DNA from: Thainema sp.
GTDB taxonomy: Bacteria > Cyanobacteriota > Cyanobacteriia > Phormidesmidales > Phormidesmidaceae
Reading direction: 5' to 3'
Length of the DNA: 64,000 nucleotides
Assembly: GCA_052168235.1 (NCBI GenBank)
Contig: JBQLZK010000035.1
Coordinates: forward strand, 1 to 64,000
Part shown: one piece after another, positions 11,232 through 20,353 of the stretch
Numbering within the stretch: position 1 is the stretch's first letter
Layout of the letters: each line of letters starts with the position of its first letter
The notes under the pieces: model-generated
The model's database searches: none
Told to the model about the DNA's origin: nothing
Seen by the model: only the letters and a program-made list of their open reading frames with translations
Program-made: the position numbers and the translations under genes

Positions 11232-12758
11232 TTATTGCGCTACTGGATTGCGCTGCTTCAACTTATTAACCGCTGGGCCATGCAAAATCTCACCGTCGCA
11301 GCTAAAGCGTGAGCCGTGGCAGGGGCAGTCCCAGCTTTTTTCTGCTTCATTCCAGTCCACGATGCAGCCCAAGTGGGGACAGACGGCAGAAACCATGTGC
11401 AGTTCGCCCGCTTCATCCCGATAGGCGGCAACGCGATTGCCGTCAGCGGTGGTCACTTTTGCTTCTCCACGCTCCAGTTTTTGAGGGCTATCGAATAGTC
11501 CTTTAATGCGATCGCCGATCCAGTGGGTTCCCACCTCCAGATTTTGCTTGAGCGATTCTTTGGTGACGAAGGGCGTGGGCCGCGTAGCGTCATATAGTTC
11601 AGTCCAAGGATTTTCAACGCCCTGAACCAAGTCCGACAGCAGCATGGCAGACATAAATGACTTGCTCATGCCCCAGAGACTGAATCCGGTGGCGACATAA
11701 GTGTGGTTGCTGGTTGGCGTTAACTTGCCGATGTAGGGCAGTTTATCAAAGGAAATATAGTCCTGAGTTGACCAGAAGTATTCAGGCGTTACGCCGTAGT
11801 ACTGCTGCATATCCTGGGCCAGCTTCTGGTAACACTCGTCTGTACTGCTGACTTCACCGACCTTATGGCCTTCACCCCCCATGAGGAGCAGCGTACCGCC
11901 ATCCTCCAGCGGCGTCGTGCGCAGCGAACGGTAGCTTTGGCCCGTGCCGATAAACATGCCGCCCGGATCTTGATCGGGATTGATGCGGCCACCGATGATG
12001 TAAGACCGTTTGGGATAGGTTTTGGCAAAGAACAAGCCCTGATCCAAGATCGGCAAATTCGTGGTCACGATGACATCTTGCGCAACTACAGTTGGCCCGT
12101 TTTTGGTGATGACGCGACAGGGTTCTTCGCCTTTAACGGTGCAAACGCGGGTATTTTGGAAGACATGGCTACCGTTACCGGGAATCTTGGCCGCCAGATT
12201 GAGAATGAATTTGCGGGGATGGAACTGAGCCTGATTGCTAAACTTTACGGCTCCAACCACATCAAACGGTAAAGAAGGCACGTCTTTCACAAAACTGGCT
12301 GGCAAGCCCAGCTTTTGAGCTGCTGTTACTTCTGCTTCGATTTTGTTGAGCTGATCGGTTGAACGAGCATAGGTAAAAGTGTCTTTGCGCACAAAATCGC
12401 AGTCGATTTGCTCATCCTGCACAAAGGCGGCTAGTCGATCAATTCCAGCCTGATTTGATTCTGCATAAAGGCGAGCTTTTTCTTCGCCAATGCTGTCAAC
12501 TAACTGGGCGTAGATAAGCTGATGTAGTGAGGTGACTTTCGCTGTGGTATGACCCGAAACTCCAGCGGCGATTTGGTTGGCTTCTAGTAACGCAACGGTT
12601 TTACCCGCTTGCTTCAGCAATTTAGCGGTTGTGACTCCGACTAAACCAGCCCCAACAATGGCCACATCGACTGAGATATTTTCAGTGAGTGTGGGATAAG
12701 TAGTATCAAGAGTAGATGTAATCCAATAGGATGGATGAACTTCAGGTAGTTGAGTCAT
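11232..12758 (-). CDS. FAD-dependent oxidoreductase (DAO family) with C-terminal Rieske [2Fe-2S] domain (YhfW-like)
   Basis: DVAIVGAGLVG Rossmann motif; CPHLGC and WDCPCHGSRF Rieske motifs. Confidence 0.92.
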   Translation of the reverse strand: MTQLPEVHPSYWITSTLDTTYPTLTENISVDVAIVGAGLVGVTTAKLLKQAGKTVALLEANQIAAGVSGHTTAKVTSLHQLIYAQLVDSIGEEKARLYAESNQAGIDRLAAFVQDEQIDCDFVRKDTFTYARSTDQLNKIEAEVTAAQKLGLPASFVKDVPSLPFDVVGAVKFSNQAQFHPRKFILNLAAKIPGNGSHVFQNTRVCTVKGEEPCRVITKNGPTVVAQDVIVTTNLPILDQGLFFAKTYPKRSYIIGGRINPDQDPGGMFIGTGQSYRSLRTTPLEDGGTLLLMGGEGHKVGEVSSTDECYQKLAQDMQQYYGVTPEYFWSTQDYISFDKLPYIGKLTPTSNHTYVATGFSLWGMSKSFMSAMLLSDLVQGVENPWTELYDATRPTPFVTKESLKQNLEVGTHWIGDRIKGLFDSPQKLERGEAKVTTADGNRVAAYRDEAGELHMVSAVCPHLGCIVDWNEAEKSWDCPCHGSRFSCDGEILHGPAVNKLKQRNPVAQ

Positions 12759-12935
12759 GATGATACAGCGATTTCATAAATTTATAAGAACAATGCATCT
12801 ATCTAATGCAATGAGCGCTGTAATCCTCATCCGTCTATAGTTTGAGCACTTATATAGAAGGTGAAAATCTCAGTCTATTGGACTAGCGGGTTCGCTTATA
12901 GTCGTTGTCATTTGGATTAGGATGTTGCGTGTTTC

Positions 12936-12975
12936 AACGTTTAAACGTTCGAACGTTCTCAACGTTGAAACGTTG
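12936..12975 (+). repeat. AACGTT-based 8-9 nt tandem array (also at 16485-16507 and 38063-38084)
   Basis: AACGTTTA-AACGTTCG-AACGTTCTC-AACGTTGA-AACGTTGG. Confidence 0.75.
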
Positions 12976-13034
12976 GACTACTTGGCTGCTGCTATACAAT
13001 AGAACTTCACGATACATATAATTTGCTGGTCATT

Positions 13035-13244
13035 ATGGCTCGCTTAATTCTTACCGCTGTATTTGCCGTTGGGGTGGCTGCGATCGCAATTATCGCCGCT
13101 CAAAACGGTACGCCAGTTTCGGTTAACTTTCTGTTTTTTCAATCTGTAGCGATTCCGTTTGGCGTCACGCTAGCTTTCTATGCGGCGGCAGGGCTGATTG
13201 GGACAACGCTGTTTCTGTACCTGTGGGAGTTGGCAGGGCGATAA
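13035..13244 (+). CDS. LapA/DUF1049-family small membrane protein
   Basis: TM helix, AQNGTPVSVNFLF motif, second TM helix. Confidence 0.8.
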   Translation: MARLILTAVFAVGVAAIAIIAAQNGTPVSVNFLFFQSVAIPFGVTLAFYAAAGLIGTTLFLYLWELAGR

Positions 13245-13262
13245 CGTTTTATTCTGAAGTCT

Positions 13263-13306
13263 AGAAGAGGCTTATTGCCGCAGTGCTGCGGCAATAAGCC
13301 TCTTCT
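13263..13306. terminator. Perfect 21-bp hairpin between convergent genes
   Basis: AGAAGAGGCTTATTGCCGCAG-TG-CTGCGGCAATAAGCCTCTTCT. Confidence 0.75.
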
Positions 13307-13310
13307 CAAT

Positions 13311-14006
13311 TTATTGTCGTCGATAATCGCCGAGCCAGTCAGACTGGGGCTTGAGTAGGGTTGGCAGCAGTTTAAAGAATGAGACGGCGGGGTTTTGGCG
13401 TTTAGCGATTTGCTTCTGTCGCCAAGCGCGTTCCTTGAGCCGAATCCAAACATCTTCCGGTGTGGCTTGATCCTGTACGACCAAGTTCAAGTCGGAAATG
13501 AGCTGCGATCGCAACTGCATGTGCATTTCAATTAGCTGCGTTGGGGCGGCGCTGGGACGAGAGAGCCACGGCTGATGATCGAGCTGGATTTGCGGCGTGA
13601 TTAGGGTTGGCCGTTCGGTGGTGGTGAGAATCAGCCAGTCATCGTTGAGCAAACTGAGAATGGTGCAGGTCGGAGTGTGGCTGGTGTTCTCGCTGGGTAG
13701 CGCTTGCGCCAGTAACACCCAGTACTGTTGCTCAGGATGCTGGAGCAGTCGCACAAAGGTCGGCATAAACTCGCCAACGGTGGCGCTTAGCTGACCGTCC
13801 ATGCGGTAAACACAGCCTAAATCTTGAAACTCCTGACTGTAGGGGATGAGGCGATCTAGATTCAGCAGCGGCACATCATTTGGAGAGTGGATTGGCTCGA
13901 CTTCTAGCCCAGCCGGAACCGCCTGCATGGTCTTCTGCCAGCGCATGATGGCCAGTAAAACCAGAACTGCGATCGCAACTAGCCCATAAATCAACCATCG
14001 ATCCAT
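13311..14006 (-). CDS. Hypothetical single-pass membrane protein
   Basis: 231-aa ORF with an N-terminal TM helix, 12 nt downstream of the kinase gene, GGATGGG SD-like sequence. Confidence 0.75.
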   Translation of the reverse strand: MDRWLIYGLVAIAVLVLLAIMRWQKTMQAVPAGLEVEPIHSPNDVPLLNLDRLIPYSQEFQDLGCVYRMDGQLSATVGEFMPTFVRLLQHPEQQYWVLLAQALPSENTSHTPTCTILSLLNDDWLILTTTERPTLITPQIQLDHQPWLSRPSAAPTQLIEMHMQLRSQLISDLNLVVQDQATPEDVWIRLKERAWRQKQIAKRQNPAVSFFKLLPTLLKPQSDWLGDYRRQ

Positions 14007-14018
14007 GATGCACCCATC

Positions 14019-16253
14019 CTACTTATCCACTTCGACCCGCAGTTTATAGTCAAATGCATCATCTGAGCGCGACACCACCACAATTTCATAGACGCCGCTT
14101 TGGGATAAATCGCCTGACCAATCGTAGTCGTCGCTATCTTCCTGTAAGGGGTCAGCTTCTTCTAGGCGGGGCGGATAGATCGACAGCAACGCCTCGTCAT
14201 CGGGAGCATCCAGCCGCACCTTCAGGTCTTGCTCGTCCGACAGTTCTACTGTATAAACCTTGCCTTCTCCCGGTCGTAACTCTCGCTCAACTGTGCGGTC
14301 GTCTTTGTCATCCAGCTTGATGTCTTCCAAGGCATCCCCATCGCGAAAACCGCGCAGCCGATCAAAGGCCATCCCGTGCCACACTTGACCCATTGGCGTG
14401 TCGAGCAGTGCTCCATTCGCCAGTTCATCGGCAAAGTCTGGAAAGCGTTCTTTAAACGCCGCATCGGTTAAATCGTAGAGGGCGCGACCGCTGACATTAT
14501 GATCGGTTCTCGCCTCGGCTTCCCACTGGTCGCGATCGCTACTGTCATAGCTGCCTAAACTCTGCCGCGCTTCACTGCTGAGTGCATCGTCGATCTGCTT
14601 CAGCGCATCAGTCGCCGTGTCGTCCCAACGCTTGCGCCAAACCTCATCGGCGGCAGAACTGGTTAGCTGCACCCCTTCTTTTTCCGGATACTGTCTGAAA
14701 AAGAGCTGATTGGTGATCGTGTTCAGGATGCCTTCACTCACTTCTAATTGCTCGCGTCGCTGGCGTAGTTCCGCTTTGCGGGCCCGTTCCGCTGGAGAAT
14801 AGGTCGGCTCATTGGTCTCCGGTTCCGCACTGGGGCTAGGTGTAGGTTGATCCGGCGGATCTGAACTAACCGCAACAGGCGGCGTAAACAGGCTAGATGT
14901 CGGTTCCCAGGCCGTCACCAACCACCACACCAGCCAAATTGACCAGGCTGTCCCAGTCAGCAGCAGGACAAATAAGATGACCTGCCCAATTGCCCGACTA
15001 GAGGGTGCGATCCGTCGCTGAGGTCGCGATCTCAAACCGGAGTTGGGTGCGATCGCAGCCAGTGATCCCCCTGATGAATAAACCACAGAATGGAGCGGAT
15101 CGGCCTGAGAGCGAGACTTGGATTTTGCCTTTGGTTTGCGGGGCTTCGCTTTCACTGCGGCTTGTCGCACCTGACGGGGCGCACGTGGACTCACCGCGAC
15201 GGTTGCCTGTCCAGTCATCGAGGAAGAGGTCGCCGGAGCCGGAGCCGGCACAGGTAGGGGTGGAATTGAACGGGCGGGGGACTCAACTCCATTGGCGGTT
15301 GCTGGCCAGCCTAAGGCCTGCATGACGTTCATTGCCGACGAATAGCGATCGCTGGGCCGAAAGGCTAGCATTCGATCCAGCACCTGACTCAGACGAGGAC
15401 TGACCTGTACCAGTCGTCGCCAGTGCCAGGTCACCGTATGCGGATCGTATAGGCTCAGCGGTTCCTGTCCAGTCAGCAGCACCAGGGCTGTCACGGCCAG
15501 CGCATACAAATCGGAAGATGGCGTCACTTCCCCAGACTGCATTTGCTCATCGGGCGCATAGCCAGCTTTCCCGAGGCGGGTAGGAGCAGCAGCATGAGCG
15601 TGCGATCGCAACTGCTGTTCTACTTGGGCAGCAATTTGCTTGACGCCACCAAAGTCAATCAGGACAGGCAAATTGTCTGTATCTCGCAGAATCAAGTTAT
15701 CCGGCGCGATGTCCCGATGAATCACCCGTAGATTGTGCAGATACTGCAACACGGGCAGCAACTGGCGGAACAGATCAAGAATTTCATCTTCGGTAAACGT
15801 CCGCTTTTCGCGCTGGCGCTGCTGCAAAATTTCGCGATAGGTAGAGCCTGGAATGTAGTCCTGAACGAGATACAGCGTGGCCTCTTGGTCTTGCCCGACC
15901 CGCAGCAGTTCACGAAATCGGGGAATCTGATCGTGCTGAAGCTGATACAAGACCCCCGCTTCCCGCTGAAACAGTTCCTCTGCTTTGCGCAGCGCGTCAG
16001 CGTCATGAACCAGCGGCACAAACTCTTTCAGAACGCATTTTTCTTCAAACCGATTAAGGTCTTCGGCCAAATAGGTGCGGCCAAAACCGCCCTGCCCCAA
16101 CAAGTGCAGCACTCGATACCGCATGCCCAAAATAGTCTGAGCCGAAGGATCAGAGCCAGTCGCTGGCTCCGTCAGGGCTTCCCCACAAAAGCGGCAAAAG
16201 CGGCTACCCGATGGGTTTTCATGGTATTGGGAGCAGTAGAGAGGATCGGTCAT
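14019..16253 (-). CDS. Membrane Hanks-type Ser/Thr protein kinase with N-terminal zinc ribbon and periplasmic C-terminal domain
   Basis: CSQYHEN and FCRFCG zinc ribbon; LGQGGFGRTY, CVLKEF, IHRDIAPDN, DFG, GYAPDEQ and SDLYAL motifs; one TM helix; acidic C-terminal domain. Confidence 0.95.
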   Translation of the reverse strand: MTDPLYCSQYHENPSGSRFCRFCGEALTEPATGSDPSAQTILGMRYRVLHLLGQGGFGRTYLAEDLNRFEEKCVLKEFVPLVHDADALRKAEELFQREAGVLYQLQHDQIPRFRELLRVGQDQEATLYLVQDYIPGSTYREILQQRQREKRTFTEDEILDLFRQLLPVLQYLHNLRVIHRDIAPDNLILRDTDNLPVLIDFGGVKQIAAQVEQQLRSHAHAAAPTRLGKAGYAPDEQMQSGEVTPSSDLYALAVTALVLLTGQEPLSLYDPHTVTWHWRRLVQVSPRLSQVLDRMLAFRPSDRYSSAMNVMQALGWPATANGVESPARSIPPLPVPAPAPATSSSMTGQATVAVSPRAPRQVRQAAVKAKPRKPKAKSKSRSQADPLHSVVYSSGGSLAAIAPNSGLRSRPQRRIAPSSRAIGQVILFVLLLTGTAWSIWLVWWLVTAWEPTSSLFTPPVAVSSDPPDQPTPSPSAEPETNEPTYSPAERARKAELRQRREQLEVSEGILNTITNQLFFRQYPEKEGVQLTSSAADEVWRKRWDDTATDALKQIDDALSSEARQSLGSYDSSDRDQWEAEARTDHNVSGRALYDLTDAAFKERFPDFADELANGALLDTPMGQVWHGMAFDRLRGFRDGDALEDIKLDDKDDRTVERELRPGEGKVYTVELSDEQDLKVRLDAPDDEALLSIYPPRLEEADPLQEDSDDYDWSGDLSQSGVYEIVVVSRSDDAFDYKLRVEVDK

Positions 16254-16552
16254 GCCGACAGGGAAAAGCTCAACAGTTGTTTAGGATTGTAGTCGATGGC
16301 ACCCTAATCAGCTTAGCAAGGTGTGCGATATTGAATCTGTAGGCAACGCAGTTCTCAGCTCAAGAAATCAGCCCTATCAGCCTTTTTCGGTGCGATCGCA
16401 CATCAAGTATTTGTTTCCTGACAGCTTTCTTACAGAATAAGTTTTATGGCTGTCGCCATTTGGGTTAAGACATGTACGCATTAGAACGTTCCAACGTTCC
16501 AACGTTTTCAAAATTTGTCAACGACCCAACCAACATGACTGAGGAGAAACCC

Positions 16553-16918
16553 ATGCCCCTGATTCAGCCTTTGCACACTGCCCTGCTGGTTGCCAATGTC
16601 GATCGCGCTGAAGCATTCTATGGTGGTGTTTTGGGTCTAGCTAAAGTGGATCGACCGCTATCCTATGCGGGGGCGTGGTATCAGCTCGGAGACTATCAAA
16701 TTCACCTGATTGAGGATTCGACCTACACAACAGCACCCCACAATACGGCAAAATGGGGCCGCAATCCTCATATTGCCTTTGGAGTCAATGATTTGGATGC
16801 GATTAAATCATTGCTGGTACAGAAGGGTTATCCCATGCAGCTCAGCGCATCGGGACGAGCCGCAGTGTTTACCCAAGATCCCGATGGACATGTGATTGAA
16901 CTGAGCCAGATTGCGTGA
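16553..16918 (+). CDS. VOC/glyoxalase family protein
   Basis: HTALLV, HIAFGV and DPDGHVIEL motifs; SD GAGGAG. Confidence 0.9.
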   Translation: MPLIQPLHTALLVANVDRAEAFYGGVLGLAKVDRPLSYAGAWYQLGDYQIHLIEDSTYTTAPHNTAKWGRNPHIAFGVNDLDAIKSLLVQKGYPMQLSASGRAAVFTQDPDGHVIELSQIA

Positions 16919-17028
16919 GACTTAGCGAATTCACTAGAGCGTGGCTCTAAAACCACTGCCTGGCTGAAGGGGCCGAGCTGAGCCATTCGCCCCCATCAGG
17001 CACATAAAAGCACGACTAGAACTACACC

Positions 17029-17487
17029 CTAAGCACCGAGCTTTTGCTTAACGATATCCTGCACGACTTTGCCATCAGCACGCCCTTTCAGCTTTTGCAT
17101 GGCAGGCCCCATCACCTTGCCCATATCTTTCACAGAACTGGCACCTGTTTCGGCCATGATTTCGTCAATTACTGCACTAATCTCGTCTTCAGAGAGCTGC
17201 TTGGGCAGATACTCCTCAATAATTGCCAATTCCTGCGCCTCGGCTTCAGCTAGATCCTCGCGCCCCGCCTGCTGATACTGAGCGATCGAATCGCGGCGCT
17301 GCTTCGCCAACTGGGACAGCACTTCCAATTCCTGTGTTTCAGTCAGCTCTTCCTGACCCGATGGCCGAACGCTGACTTCTTTCTCCAACAGTACCTTTTT
17401 GATGCTGCGCACTGTTTCTAGGCGTACTTTGTCTTTACTTTTCATGGCAGTTTTAATATCTGCCGTAATCTGATCCTTTAAACTCAT
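17029..17487 (-). CDS. GatB/YqeY domain protein
   Basis: MSLKDQITADIKTAMK, KQRRDSIAQY, YLPKQLS and DMGKVMG motifs. Confidence 0.95.
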   Translation of the reverse strand: MSLKDQITADIKTAMKSKDKVRLETVRSIKKVLLEKEVSVRPSGQEELTETQELEVLSQLAKQRRDSIAQYQQAGREDLAEAEAQELAIIEEYLPKQLSEDEISAVIDEIMAETGASSVKDMGKVMGPAMQKLKGRADGKVVQDIVKQKLGA

Positions 17488-17771
17488 AATGCTCTCTTTC
17501 CTCGCAAACCTATCGAAATCGATAACTGCGATCGCAGAAAATCGGAAGTGCGATCGCAAATGTGTACTGATGAAACGTCAGAACTCGCTCAAATAAGAGA
17601 TGTAATCATCGCCTAAATTTTGTTATAAAACACTAAGTTAAAAAATTGCGATTGTAGCGTGACGCACCACTCTACGGCCGCCCTAATCATAAATCAATAC
17701 CGCATAAACCCTTAGATAAAGATTTAGACCCAAATGATAAGATTGCGTTGACCGCGTTTCGAGGGCTTGCT

Positions 17772-18764
17772 GTGATTCACTCCGCGACTCTAACTCTTCA
17801 GCCACCACTGCCTCATATCTCAGAAAATAATCGCTTAAGGTTGTTTTCGGGATCAGCCAATGTTCCTTTAGCACAGGAAGTTGCTCGTTACCTCGGTATG
17901 GATCTAGGGCCGATGGTGCGGAAGCGATTTGCTGACGGTGAACTCTACGTTCAAATCCAAGAATCAATTCGGGGTTGTGATGTTTATCTAATTCAACCCA
18001 CTTGCCATCCGGTTAACGATAACCTGATGGAGCTGTTGATCATGATCGATGCCTGTCGGCGAGCATCAGCCCGGCAGATTACAGCCGTCATACCTTACTA
18101 CGGTTACGCCCGCGCCGACCGGAAAACGGCAGGTCGGGAATCCATTACGGCTAAATTAGTCGCCAACCTGATTACCCAAGGCGGAGCGGGTCGCATTTTG
18201 GCAATGGATTTGCACTCCGCCCAAATCCAGGGTTATTTCGATATTCCCTTCGACCATGTATATGGCTCTCCCGTCATCCTAGACTACATCGCCAGTAAAA
18301 ACCTATCAGACATTGTTGTTGTCTCGCCGGACGTTGGTGGGGTGGCCCGCGCCCGCGCCTTTGCCAAAAAGCTCAACGATGCTCCTTTGGCCATCATCGA
18401 TAAGCGGCGGCAAGCTCACAACGTAGCAGAAGTCTTTAACGTGATCGGTGATGTCGCAGGCAAAACTGCCGTCCTCGTAGACGACATGATTGACACCGCC
18501 GGGACAATCTGTGAAGGCGCTAAGCTGCTACGGGAAGAGGGAGCCCGTCAGGTATATGCTTGCGCAACTCACGCGGTCTTTTCTCCGCCTGCGATTGAGC
18601 GGCTGTCTAGCGGCCTCTTTGAAGAAGTGATTGTCACCAATACTATTCCTATTCCGGAAGCTCGTCGCTTTGATCAGCTAACGGTGCTATCGGTCGCCAA
18701 CCTGCTGGGTGAAACCATCTGGCGAATCCACGAAGACAGCTCTGTGAGCAGCATGTTCCGCTAA
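17772..18764 (+). CDS. prs: Ribose-phosphate pyrophosphokinase
   Basis: RFADGE, PYYGYARADRK, DLHSAQIQG and VLVDDMIDTAGT motifs; GTG start after GAGGG. Confidence 0.98.
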   Translation: MIHSATLTLQPPLPHISENNRLRLFSGSANVPLAQEVARYLGMDLGPMVRKRFADGELYVQIQESIRGCDVYLIQPTCHPVNDNLMELLIMIDACRRASARQITAVIPYYGYARADRKTAGRESITAKLVANLITQGGAGRILAMDLHSAQIQGYFDIPFDHVYGSPVILDYIASKNLSDIVVVSPDVGGVARARAFAKKLNDAPLAIIDKRRQAHNVAEVFNVIGDVAGKTAVLVDDMIDTAGTICEGAKLLREEGARQVYACATHAVFSPPAIERLSSGLFEEVIVTNTIPIPEARRFDQLTVLSVANLLGETIWRIHEDSSVSSMFR

Positions 18765-19027
18765 ACAACAAAACTGGCAATTCATGCAATTAAACAGTGG
18801 TGGGGTGGCTTGGCTGTCTCACCACTGTTGTTTTCGGATGCAAAATTTCCGGTGACAGTACTGCTCATTGGAACTGTGGCTGTAGACCCAACTTTTAGCA
18901 CTCATTACTCCAGCACGTGGAAGTAAGCCACAGCACTCAGTACTTCCTGCTCATGCCTGTACGTTTTAGCACTGATAAAAATTGAGTTTGGGCTTGCCAC
19001 CGCTGCAATTGATGGGTCATGGCAAGC

Positions 19028-19083
19028 AAAAAAAATCCCCGAAGAATCAGGTTCTTCAGGGATCAATCAGGGTGCATCTACCT
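19028..19083 (-). ncRNA. Putative ~55-nt small RNA, NsiR1-like
   Basis: Minus strand reads GGTAGATGCACCCTGAT, then the hairpin ATCCCTGAAGAA..TTCTTCGGGGAT and a T run. Upstream are -10 TAGTCT (19093-19088) and CCCGGA (19117-19112). The NsiR1 match is recalled from memory. Confidence 0.6.
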
Positions 19084-19204
19084 TCTAAGACTACGGAGAT
19101 TTAATTAAAGATCCGGGAAAATCGGTAGAGTTTACTCAAGCTTTAAACTGAAGGGGATCAAATTAAATTTGTTGAGATCGCTGACTAGTATCATCACGGT
19201 TGAT

Positions 19205-19453
19205 CTACATGTAATTACTTACACCCAACTGCTTATGCCAAGAATGTGAGAACTCGCCCCTGTCTAGAGCAGCCGCGGTGGCAGAGTTGTCTAAGGGGCT
19301 TGAAAATAAGTAGCCTTGGGCAAACTCATAACCCAGTTCCTTTAAGCAGATAGCTGGCTGTTCTGTTTCGACCCCTTCTGCGATCGCATGTAGCCCCAGT
19401 TGGTTGCTCAGCATAATAATCATTTCGACAATGCGGTGATTCTGTCTAGCCAT
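19205..19453 (-). pseudogene. Orphan C-terminal fragment of an EAL (c-di-GMP phosphodiesterase) domain
   Basis: LGLHAIAEGVETE and AQGYLFSSPL only; no room for the rest of the domain before ctaE. Confidence 0.75.
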
Positions 19454-19520
19454 TATGCTGTTTTATGGCATTCCCTTTTTACTGGCAACTGTTTTTGTGA
19501 GTCAGCTGCTTAAATCGGCC

Positions 19521-20141
19521 TCATGTCAGCAAATAGAGCAATACGAACAAAATAATCCAAATTACATCAACGAAGTGCCAGTAAAGCTCAGTTGCTTCAA
19601 TGCCAAAATGGCTGGTTTCAGAGTAGTGAGCCTGCTGTCGCGATCGCCACAGCACCGCCAGCATCAGCAACAGTCCCACAAACACGTGTAGACCGTGGAA
19701 GCCGGTCAACACATAAAACGTGCTGGCAAACAGATTAGTGGTCAAGCCAAACTCTAGGTGGCTGTATTCATAAATCTGACCGACCAGGAAAACAGCGCCC
19801 ATTGCAGCCGTAATCGCAAACCAGAGCTGCATACCTTTGACATTGTTCTGTTTAATATCGGTATCGGCTCGATGGATGACAAAGCTGCTGGAAATCAGAA
19901 TGATGGTGTTGATTGTGGGCAGCGCTAGCTCTAGTTCAGGCGTACCTTCTGGTGGCCATTCAGGATTCACCAGCTTGAAGGTAATGTAGGCGATGAACAG
20001 GCCAAGAAAAATCATGCTCTCAGCGCAGAGGAACACCAGCACACCGAACATCCGATAGTCTGGATGACCATGATGATCGGCATGGGCAGTTCCTTCAAGA
20101 TTTATTCCTGTCTGAGCAGAATCAACGGTTGAACCTTGCAT
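19521..20141 (-). CDS. ctaE: Cytochrome c oxidase subunit III
   Basis: FLCAESMIF, TGFHGLHV and LYWHFVDVIW motifs. Confidence 0.97.
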   Translation of the reverse strand: MQGSTVDSAQTGINLEGTAHADHHGHPDYRMFGVLVFLCAESMIFLGLFIAYITFKLVNPEWPPEGTPELELALPTINTIILISSSFVIHRADTDIKQNNVKGMQLWFAITAAMGAVFLVGQIYEYSHLEFGLTTNLFASTFYVLTGFHGLHVFVGLLLMLAVLWRSRQQAHYSETSHFGIEATELYWHFVDVIWIILFVLLYLLT

Positions 20142-20197
20142 AGATCTGGAGTCAGTACGTTAGGTTTGCAGAGTTTTTGCTGTTCTTATTTGAGTTG

Positions 20198-20346
20198 TGT
20201 AGGGTGGGTTGAGCGCGAGAAACCCAACAACTAGAGGGTTTTACGTCTTGCACGCTTTTGCAAGCTCGACACCCATTCAGCTAATGTTGGGTTTCATGCT
20301 TCAACCCACCCTACAACTGGAGTAAGGTGGGCAGTGCCCACCCTAC
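20198..20346. repeat. REP doublet (REPIN-like) plus a short REP between ctaD and ctaE
   Basis: TGTAGGGTGGGTTGA..GAAACCCAACA inverted against TGTTGGGTTTC..TCAACCCACCCTACA (20198-20315), then GTAAGGTGGGCAGTGCCCACCCTAC (20322-20346). Confidence 0.8.
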
Positions 20347-20353
20347 CGGGGAA

